Positions 53,894-61,044 of a stretch of DNA of 64,000 nucleotides are shown piece after piece. The notes below the pieces were generated by a model. The model did no database searches, had not been told where the DNA came from, and saw nothing but the letters and a program-made list of their open reading frames with translations. Both the position numbers and the translations under genes were made by a program. Source of the stretch: Fimbriiglobus sp. (GTDB taxonomy: Bacteria > Planctomycetota > Planctomycetia > Gemmatales > Gemmataceae); the NCBI GenBank assembly GCA_043727575.1, contig JAYSYN010000244.1:2932-66931 (forward strand). Reading direction: 5' to 3'. Each line of letters begins with the position of its first letter. The stretch's first letter is position 1.

Positions 53894-55648
53894 TCAGAAA
53901 ATGTCCCGTTCGGGCACGGTGTAGGTTTTGGCCGCGGCGCCGGCTTCGGCCGGTTCGGCGTCGCCTTCGCTCAGGGCGAAGGGCGGGAAGGGGATCTTCG
54001 CGAGCATCGGCTCGCGGAAGCTCGGCTGGTAAAGCAGTTTCTCTTCCGGCAGCAATTGCGACGCCGCGTTGCGGGTTGAGTGACCGAGGAATTTCCACAC
54101 TTCGTGGTTGAGTTCGAGAGTGCCCGAGCGGCCGACGGCGCGCACGGCGGCGTTCTCGATCACGCGCGGCTTCACGAGGCTCGCCTGCTGCTGGGCTCCG
54201 AGCAGGATCACCCCTTGGCTGCGACCTTCGGCGGCGACCGTCTCCAATTGTTGCGTGATCGCGTCGGAGCTATCTTTGGGCGCGAAGCGGTTGAGTTCGT
54301 CGAGCGTGATGAGGTACTTCAACCCGATGACTTGCTTCGCGCTCTGCGTCGCCATGATCTGGTGGAAGACCGCCGCGACGACGAACCGCTGCAAGCTCGG
54401 CGTCCGGTGGATACCGTTGAGATCGATGACCAGCGGCGACTCGATGCCCGTCCGCGGGATCTTCAGCGGATGGCCTTTATTGTCTTCGCGGCGCAGAACC
54501 CCGTTGCCCTCCATCACGATGTATTTCAATCGGCGGAAGAAGCTGCCTTTCGTGGCCAAGACGAAGTCGCCGAAGAAGACTTTCTCGTTCTTGTTCAGTT
54601 TGAACCAGTCGAGCATTTCCTGAAAAGTCTGCGGGTAATCGTCGCCGCCGACTTTGAGTTTCGGATCGTCGGAGGAGCCGCCCGTCAAGTATTCTTCGAC
54701 TTCCCCGACGAGTCCGCCGAGGTTGGCGTTGCCGAGGTCGTCCCCCGCGAACAGGTACTTGAACAAGCCCCCTTCGATGATGTCCGACAGCGACCAACTG
54801 TACGGGGCCACGTCGCTGCTGCGGCCGCCGGTCGCCACCGGAGTCGTCAAACCCCTCTCTTGGGGTGCGAAGAATTGCGGTTTCACGAACGGCCGCGGGT
54901 CGTCGACACCGAGCGCGCGCCAATCCCCGCGATTGGCCGATTCGTTCTTGCGGAACTCCGTGTTCCAGCGGTCGATGAAGAACAAGTCGGAGTTCTTCAC
55001 GTTGAAGATCACCGGCACCAGTTGCAATCGCTTGACGTCACCGGGCTTCTCCCGTTTCTGTTTCGCCGCTTCCCGCAGCAAGAGCCAGTTCACCGTCAGC
55101 AGCAGTGTCGATTTGGTGCCCAGCCCGGCGATGCCGTTGACGTTCAAGTGCCCGCCGTTTTTCCCCAAGAGGAAGTCCAAATCGACGCTCGCGGTCCCGG
55201 CGAACGCTTCGCCGCCGTTCCGCAGCAACCCCACGGCGAGTTTGTGCCCCATGCGGTCCACCCCGTACCCTTTGGCCGCTTCCTCCGGCGTCGCCAGAAA
55301 GACTTCGCTCTCTTCGGTGGGGGGCGTGTGGGCGACCGGGTCGGTCCGCAAGATTGCCACCTCGGCGAAGGTGACCCCTTCGGATTCGAATGGCGGTTGC
55401 TCGCCGGTGCGGCCGTCGAACCGCGCGGCCTCTTCGCCGATGTCCTTCTGCCGGCTGCGGCGGTACACCTCTTGGACGATGCCGACGAACGACACGGTCC
55501 GCGTGCCGACGGTCGATTTGGTGACGACGATCTGCGTGCGCTCCACGCTCTTGGCCCGATCGACCCAAAAGTAGAACACGCCGCTGGTCGACTCGTGCTC
55601 GGCCGGGCAGGCCACGCGGCCCAATGACTCGCGGGGGGATTCGCTCAC
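53894..55648 (-). CDS. herA: HerA-like (FtsK/HerA superfamily, DUF87) ATPase, 584 aa
   Basis: The N-terminal barrel-like GVFYFWVDRAKSVERTQIVVTKSTVG..VSFVGIVQEV is followed by the P-loop region NGIAGLGTKSTLLL and Walker B YLITLDELNRFAP. The GTG start overlaps the nurA stop (GTGA at 55645-55648). The upstream 283 codons of the track ORF overlap nurA and are rejected. Confidence 0.72.
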   Translation of the reverse strand: MSESPRESLGRVACPAEHESTSGVFYFWVDRAKSVERTQIVVTKSTVGTRTVSFVGIVQEVYRRSRQKDIGEEAARFDGRTGEQPPFESEGVTFAEVAILRTDPVAHTPPTEESEVFLATPEEAAKGYGVDRMGHKLAVGLLRNGGEAFAGTASVDLDFLLGKNGGHLNVNGIAGLGTKSTLLLTVNWLLLREAAKQKREKPGDVKRLQLVPVIFNVKNSDLFFIDRWNTEFRKNESANRGDWRALGVDDPRPFVKPQFFAPQERGLTTPVATGGRSSDVAPYSWSLSDIIEGGLFKYLFAGDDLGNANLGGLVGEVEEYLTGGSSDDPKLKVGGDDYPQTFQEMLDWFKLNKNEKVFFGDFVLATKGSFFRRLKYIVMEGNGVLRREDNKGHPLKIPRTGIESPLVIDLNGIHRTPSLQRFVVAAVFHQIMATQSAKQVIGLKYLITLDELNRFAPKDSSDAITQQLETVAAEGRSQGVILLGAQQQASLVKPRVIENAAVRAVGRSGTLELNHEVWKFLGHSTRNAASQLLPEEKLLYQPSFREPMLAKIPFPPFALSEGDAEPAEAGAAAKTYTVPERDIF

Positions 55649-56739
55649 AACTCGCCTCCGCGAAAGAGCCCCGCCGTCCGGTAGAGCCGATTGGCCAACA
55701 CGGGGAAGGGGGTGAACAAGGGTTTGAGACAATCTTCGGCGCGGACGATCGGGTCGAGGGACACGGGCATGCGGGCGTAGCTTTGGCTGCGGCAGCGGGC
55801 GTCGATCAACCAGCGCGAGAGGCGGTTGACGAATCCGAAGTCGCCGCGGAACTGGACTTCGAACTGGTCCCAAGGCACCTCGGCGCGGACGTAGCCCCAG
55901 TTCGGCGCGAGCTGCGAACCGCCGCTGAGTTTCAAGAACCATGTGGCGACGGCGATCCGGCCTTCGTTCTTGCCGTCGACCCCGGCAATCTTGAACACGG
56001 GCGTGCGTTGGCCGGGTCGCAGGTTCAACAGCGTCCGCCAGCCGGCGTCGTGCAAGTAGGCGGCTTCTTGCATCTTGGCGATACCGATGAGCAGCGGGGA
56101 ATCGGCCGGGGGGTTCCCGGTGACGCGGCTCAGCGGGCCGTCGACCAGCGTCGGCACACCGCGGTCCACGGCCAGGGCCAACCGTTCCAGATTCTTCATC
56201 TCTTCGACGGCGCGGACGCGGGCTTGGGATCGCATCGCCTCGTAGTCGAACGGGCTGAACTCGGTGAGGTCCGGGAGATTCGCGGGCAAAATGCGGAGCT
56301 TCAATTCCGGCGTGTTGGCCAAGTCGTGTGCGAAGGCTTCGACCTCTTCCCACGGAAACGGATCGGCGACGAAACTGAGCACGCGGTCGACGGCGGCGAA
56401 CTCGCGCTCGAAACGCCGGCCGACACTGCGGAGGGCCACGGCGCCGACCTCCGAAAGCAACAGGGGAATGGGCCAGCCGAGTTCGGTTTTCACGCACAGC
56501 ACCGGATGACCCGTGTGAGAGCCGTCGATGAAGCGGATGGGGTACTCGCCCGGCCGCGCCGGCGCCTCGGCTACGGAAACCGGCGCCCAGTCCGCTTCGG
56601 CCATTTCCACCGCGCGCTCGACGGCCGGCTTGGACTTCTCATCCCCCTCCGGTACCAACGGGATGTTCGGCTGCGGCGGGGTGGCGCCGACGGCCGCGGC
56701 CCCGTACTTCTTCAGAAAGGGGCTCGGCTCATTCCGCAT
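55645..56739 (-). CDS. nurA: NurA-like nuclease (364 aa)
   Basis: IRFIDGSHTG (DGS motif), a later PTLVDGPLSR, and an IGIAK block occur in the order I recall for NurA domains. The gene sits directly upstream of herA. This assignment rests on motifs and context only. Confidence 0.6.
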   Translation of the reverse strand: MRNEPSPFLKKYGAAAVGATPPQPNIPLVPEGDEKSKPAVERAVEMAEADWAPVSVAEAPARPGEYPIRFIDGSHTGHPVLCVKTELGWPIPLLLSEVGAVALRSVGRRFEREFAAVDRVLSFVADPFPWEEVEAFAHDLANTPELKLRILPANLPDLTEFSPFDYEAMRSQARVRAVEEMKNLERLALAVDRGVPTLVDGPLSRVTGNPPADSPLLIGIAKMQEAAYLHDAGWRTLLNLRPGQRTPVFKIAGVDGKNEGRIAVATWFLKLSGGSQLAPNWGYVRAEVPWDQFEVQFRGDFGFVNRLSRWLIDARCRSQSYARMPVSLDPIVRAEDCLKPLFTPFPVLANRLYRTAGLFRGGEL

Positions 56740-57325
56740 CGGTCACCCCCAAGTTTTTGAGGCGGTAGCGGATCGCTTCGCGGCTCACGAGCAGTTCCGC
56801 CGCCAGCCGGTAGGCCAGTACCCCGGGCGGGCAGACGCCGTGCTCGGATCTCAGTTCTTCGGCCCGCGCCCGCAGCACGGCCTCGGGCATCAACAATTCC
56901 GCGGCGAAGCGATTGGCTTCGCGTTCGAGAACATCGGTCGCTTCGTCCGTCTCGAGCATCGTCTTCTGGCTATCGGCCCGGTAGCGGCCCATGCTCTCCC
57001 GGTGGAGGACCGCGTGGCCGAGTTCGTGCGCCGCGCTGAAGCGCCGCCTCGGCAGAATGTCGTCGGCGTTCACGAACGCATGACCGATCCGCCCGGCGAA
57101 ATACAAGAAGCCCGCGAGCGGTTCCGCCGGATCATCGAACGGTTCGACCGTGGAGCCTTCGGCTTGCAAATGTTCGATCACGCGACCGCAGTTGAGCCCC
57201 GACAGCGCGACGTGCGAGAGGCCGAACTCTTGGAAGAAACGATTCAAAGGCACCGGCCCGCGCATAGCCGGGTCGACGGGCAATCCGAGTTCCGTCCGGA
57301 GGCGGGCGATGGCATCGGCGATCAC
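56729..57325 (-). CDS. ImmA/IrrE-family zinc metallopeptidase (DUF955)
   Basis: RRRFSAAHELGHAVLH (HExxH) is followed by EREANRFAAELLMP, the family hallmark. The GTG start overlaps the upstream stop (GTGA at 57322-57325). Confidence 0.85.
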   Translation of the reverse strand: MIADAIARLRTELGLPVDPAMRGPVPLNRFFQEFGLSHVALSGLNCGRVIEHLQAEGSTVEPFDDPAEPLAGFLYFAGRIGHAFVNADDILPRRRFSAAHELGHAVLHRESMGRYRADSQKTMLETDEATDVLEREANRFAAELLMPEAVLRARAEELRSEHGVCPPGVLAYRLAAELLVSREAIRYRLKNLGVTDAE

Positions 57326-57858
57326 TTCGGCGCCTCCGGTTTGGACCCGCGGCGGGCGGCGAGTTGATATTCCACGGCCGAGGCTCGACGGCGTTCCAGC
57401 TTCAATGCCGCCCGCTGAAAGACGGGCCGGTACTCGACGGGGACCGCACCGAACCGCGCCTCCAACCAGGCGGTGAGCTTCGATAGTCCGAGGTTGTCCG
57501 GGAGCGCTTCCGACGAGCTTTGCAAGGCGGCGTTGAACGCGTGCGATTCCGCCGCCAATCCATCGGGCGTGTGTCGGAACAATTCCCGCGCCACATCGCC
57601 GACGGTGATCGGACCGCCGTCCGGCCGGACAATCGCTGCGCTTTTCAAATGCGTTTCCACCGCCGAACCGACGGTCCGCGCCGCCGCCCGCTCTTCGCGC
57701 TCGGCGTTGTCGGCGTCGAGGGCGGCTTCGATTTCGAACAGGGCCCGTTCGAGTTCGGGATCGAACGTGGCGGCTTCCCACATCCGGTCGAGGGCCGGAA
57801 AATCGCCGGCGTCCAGTGCCGCGAGGTACGCTTCTGTCATTCGGTCGAGGTCGTTCAC
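57322..57858 (-). CDS. hypothetical soluble protein in anti-sigma position (172-178 aa)
   Basis: It lies immediately after an ECF sigma gene. Either GTG 57858 overlaps the sigma stop (GTGA), or ATG 57840 is the start. The N-terminus MTEAYLAALDAGDF resembles the ..AYLDGEL.. opening of many anti-sigma factors. It has no TM and no zf-HC2. Confidence 0.45.
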   Translation of the reverse strand: MNDLDRMTEAYLAALDAGDFPALDRMWEAATFDPELERALFEIEAALDADNAEREERAAARTVGSAVETHLKSAAIVRPDGGPITVGDVARELFRHTPDGLAAESHAFNAALQSSSEALPDNLGLSKLTAWLEARFGAVPVEYRPVFQRAALKLERRRASAVEYQLAARRGSKPEAPK

Positions 57859-58439
57859 GATGGCCCCCCGCGCAGGGTCGGCGACAACAATTGGAACAAT
57901 TCCTTCTTGGCCCGGTAGAGTTTGACGCGGACGTTCGCCGCCGTCAGCCCGACGACGCCGGCGACTTCCTCGGACTTCAACCCGTCGAAGAACGTCAGTT
58001 CGAGGATTTGCCGGTTCAACGGGTCGAGCAAACCGAGAGCCCTGCGGACCGCGGTTCGATCCGCCTCGCGGATGAATCGATCTTCCACCGCCTCGGTTCG
58101 ATCCGGCAGCGCATCGACCGAGTGATCGGCCCGGTGCTTTCGGACTTTCGCGAAAGCTCGCTTGGCGATGTTCCGGACGAACCCGTGGATCCAACCCGCG
58201 ACACCGCCGTTGCGCGTGGGATCGAAACTCGACGCTTTGGCCAACGCCGCGGCTTGCGCTTCGGCCGCAAAATCCTCGGCGTCGCGTTCCAGTCCCGACC
58301 GGGTCGGGTAAGTTTTCACTCTGCCGAGATAGATCCGGGTACTGGTCAAAATTTTGCGGACCGTGTCGGGATCGCCGAGTGCTGTCCGCACGGGGCACGG
58401 CTCCGCCAATGTCGGTGGCGGGTCGAGGAGATGGGCCAT
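57855..58439 (-). CDS. ECF-type RNA polymerase sigma factor
   Basis: Region 2 is DAEDFAAEAQAAALAK...GWIHGFVRNIAKRAF. Region 4 is LDPLNRQILELTFFDGLKSEEVAGVVGLTAANVRVKLYRAKKEL. Confidence 0.85.
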   Translation of the reverse strand: MAHLLDPPPTLAEPCPVRTALGDPDTVRKILTSTRIYLGRVKTYPTRSGLERDAEDFAAEAQAAALAKASSFDPTRNGGVAGWIHGFVRNIAKRAFAKVRKHRADHSVDALPDRTEAVEDRFIREADRTAVRRALGLLDPLNRQILELTFFDGLKSEEVAGVVGLTAANVRVKLYRAKKELFQLLSPTLRGGPS

Positions 58440-58542
58440 GGAGGGAACACCCGGGCGAACGTGGGGGGCGATCAGCGTTCTATTCCCATTCGCGCCGGGT
58501 GTGTTACGAATAATTGTGGAGAAGTGAGTTTTGGGTCGCGGG

Positions 58543-60006
58543 TCACCCCTTGATGACGCCGATGGGCCGCATGCGGGCGACCTTCTTGCTCAATCCCGCG
58601 TCGTGGACTACTTCCACGACGTGATCGACGTTCTTGTACGCCTTCGGTTGCTCTTCGGCCAAGCCCTGCCGGCTGCTGCTCATCGCGATCACGCCGCGCG
58701 CTTCCAGCTCTTTGTCGATCCGGCGGCCGACAGCGTCCTTCACCGCGGCGGTGCGGCTCATCGCGCGTCCGGCCCCGTGGCAGGTCGTGCCGAAAGTGCG
58801 TTCCATGCTGCCCGGCAGGCCCACGAGGACCCACGACGCCCGCCCCATGTCGCCGGGGATAATCACGGGTTGACCGGTTTTTTGGAACGCGGCCGGCAAC
58901 TCCGGGTGCCCGGCCGGGAAGGCCCGCGTGGCCCCCTTGCGGTGGACCCAGACCTTCTTGAGCTTCCCTTCGACCGTATGCTCTTCGAGCTTCGCGATGT
59001 TGTGGGCGACATCGTAAAGCAGGTCCATGCCGAGGTCGGTCCACGGGCGACCGAAGACGCCGGCGAAGACTTCGCGCGTTTGTTGCATGAGCAACTGCCG
59101 GTTCGTGAAACCGAAGTTCGCGGCGGCCCGCATCGCGGCGATGTACTTCTTCCCTTCGGGAGAATCGACCGGGGCGCAGGCCAACTGGCGGTCCGGCAGC
59201 ACGATGCCGTACTTGCCCGGCGCATCGCGAAACGCGGCGAGCGCGTCGTCGCAGACTTGGTACCCGAGGCCGCGCGATCCGGAGTGGATCATCACGCAAA
59301 TTTGGTTCAATTCCAGCCCGAAAGCTTCCGCGACTTCCGCGTCGCAGACTTGATCGACGACCTGCACTTCGAGGAAGTGGTTGCCGCTACCCAGGGTGCC
59401 GCACTGATCGCTGCCGCGCTTCACGGCGTGATCGCTGACTTGCTCGGGGTCGCCGCCGTCGATGTGCCCGTTGGCCTCGGTGTGCAGTAAATCTTGGGGC
59501 ACGCCGAGATCGCGGTCGATGGCGAACGCCACGCCCTCGCCCATGAGCTTGCGCGTCTCTTTCGAGTCAAACTTATACTTGCCGCTGCGCCCGACGCCGG
59601 CGGGGACACTGTAAAAGAGCGCCTTGATAAGTTCGCGCAAATGCGGCTTCACGTCGTCGAGGAACAGATTCGTCTTCACCAAACGAACGCCGCAGTTGAT
59701 GTCGTAGCCGACGCCGCCGGGGGAAATGACGCCGCCCTCGGCCGGGTCGGTGGCGCAGACGCCGCCGATGCAGAATCCGTAGCCCCAGTGGATGTCCGGC
59801 ATGGCGAAGCTGCCGACCTGAATCCCCGGCAGCGTGGCGACGTTCGCCACTTGATCGAGGGCTTGGTCGTTGCGGATCGATTCCATGAGCCGCGCGTTGG
59901 CGAAGACGATCCCGTCGACGCGCATGTCGCTGCGGTACGACTTCGGAATCCGGTAGGAGTTCGCATCGATCGATTCGAGCGGCCCGCTGTATATGCCTTT
60001 GGCCAT
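58543..60006 (-). CDS. rtcB: RNA-splicing ligase RtcB
   Basis: PDIHWGYGFCIGGV, GGVGYDINCGVR, GTLGSGNHFLE, IHSGSRGLG and CHGAGR are canonical RtcB motifs. I trimmed to MAKGIYSGPLE (Met80 of the track ORF). Confidence 0.95.
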   Translation of the reverse strand: MAKGIYSGPLESIDANSYRIPKSYRSDMRVDGIVFANARLMESIRNDQALDQVANVATLPGIQVGSFAMPDIHWGYGFCIGGVCATDPAEGGVISPGGVGYDINCGVRLVKTNLFLDDVKPHLRELIKALFYSVPAGVGRSGKYKFDSKETRKLMGEGVAFAIDRDLGVPQDLLHTEANGHIDGGDPEQVSDHAVKRGSDQCGTLGSGNHFLEVQVVDQVCDAEVAEAFGLELNQICVMIHSGSRGLGYQVCDDALAAFRDAPGKYGIVLPDRQLACAPVDSPEGKKYIAAMRAAANFGFTNRQLLMQQTREVFAGVFGRPWTDLGMDLLYDVAHNIAKLEEHTVEGKLKKVWVHRKGATRAFPAGHPELPAAFQKTGQPVIIPGDMGRASWVLVGLPGSMERTFGTTCHGAGRAMSRTAAVKDAVGRRIDKELEARGVIAMSSSRQGLAEEQPKAYKNVDHVVEVVHDAGLSKKVARMRPIGVIKG

Positions 60007-60020
60007 GGTGAATCCCCATA

Positions 60021-60443
60021 TCAAATATCGACGATGACTTCCGCGAGGAAGCCGCCGTCGGTTTCTTCCAATTTCAAACCGTGGTAGGTGATCGCTTTCA
60101 CTTCCCGACTGAGCAGATGCCGCACAGGGTCGAAAGGTTCGCCCGAAATCGTCGCAGTCAATCCGGTCGCCGTCACGGCGACCTCGAACCGACACCACAG
60201 CATCCGCGCTTCGTCGGAGCGGTGCAGCAATTCCCGCAGCCAATCGAACAACAGGTATTCCCGGTCCGTCCCCGCAATGGCGAGTATTTGCGATTCGGTC
60301 GGTCGCACGGCCCCGGGCTCATCGACCATACACGCGAGCAGGCACGCCCCCGCCTCGGCGAAGAGGGTGTTCAAGTCCGCCGCGCGGATGCGCAACCCGA
60401 TGTCGGCGGTGTGGTCGAACAACTCGTGCATACGGTGAATCAT
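60021..60443 (-). CDS. archease (RtcB activator)
   Basis: MHELFDHTADIGLRIRA...EVKAITYHGLKLEE is the archease pattern. It is about 140 aa and lies 14 nt upstream of rtcB. The start could be 60443 or 60431. Confidence 0.85.
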   Translation of the reverse strand: MIHRMHELFDHTADIGLRIRAADLNTLFAEAGACLLACMVDEPGAVRPTESQILAIAGTDREYLLFDWLRELLHRSDEARMLWCRFEVAVTATGLTATISGEPFDPVRHLLSREVKAITYHGLKLEETDGGFLAEVIVDI

Positions 60444-60496
60444 GGCCCAGCGGAGAGACTTCCGCAATGGTGGAACTTTCCGGCTACACTCACCCC

Positions 60497-60982
60497 ATGG
60501 CCGACACCCCGATCGCAGCCGTGTACGACGAACTCCGAGCGCTGGCCGAGCACCGGCTCGCCGACGACCCGGCTGGGTGGTCGCTCGGGGCGACGGCCCT
60601 CGTCCACGAGGCCTATTTGAAGCTCCACGGCAAGGCGTTGTGGGAATCGGACCGGCACTATTTCCACGCCGCGGCGCAGGCGATGCGGCGGATCCTCGTG
60701 GACCGCGCCCGCGCCGCAAAAGCGGACAAACGCGGCGGCGAACGTTCCCGAGAACCGCTCTCCGACATCGCCGGTTCCCCGGTCGATTATGTCGCACTCG
60801 ACGAAGCTTTGACTCTGTTCGCATCCGAGGATCCGGAGGCTGCCGGATTGGTTCAACTCAGGTTTTTCGCCGGACGTACGCGGGATGAATCGGCGTCGCT
60901 GTTGGGCATATCCCCACGCCAGGCGGACCGACTATGGGCATTCGCCAAAGCCTGGCTATTTCAACGACTTTCGGAAATCTGA
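60497..60982 (+). CDS. ECF sigma factor of the kinase-associated planctomycete type (TIGR02999-like)
   Basis: YDELRALAEHRL...ATALVHEAYLKL...W.DR.HYFHAAAQAMRRILVDRARAAKADKRGG...LVQLRFFAGRTRDESASLLGISPRQADRLW. I chose Met11 of the track ORF. Confidence 0.85.
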   Translation: MADTPIAAVYDELRALAEHRLADDPAGWSLGATALVHEAYLKLHGKALWESDRHYFHAAAQAMRRILVDRARAAKADKRGGERSREPLSDIAGSPVDYVALDEALTLFASEDPEAAGLVQLRFFAGRTRDESASLLGISPRQADRLWAFAKAWLFQRLSEI

Positions 60983-61044
60983 GAATCATCGGCGCGAAGC
61001 GATCACAAATCTCGCATTCTGGTCAAACGCTTTGGGAGTCACCG

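Noticed and set aside
55649-56497. N-terminal 283 codons of track ORF 53894-56497
   Set aside because: This part overlaps the nurA frame and translates to Arg/Pro-rich junk (RRRGPPQCRPAFRARVRRRRP...). HerA-like sequence begins only at the GTG that overlaps the nurA stop.
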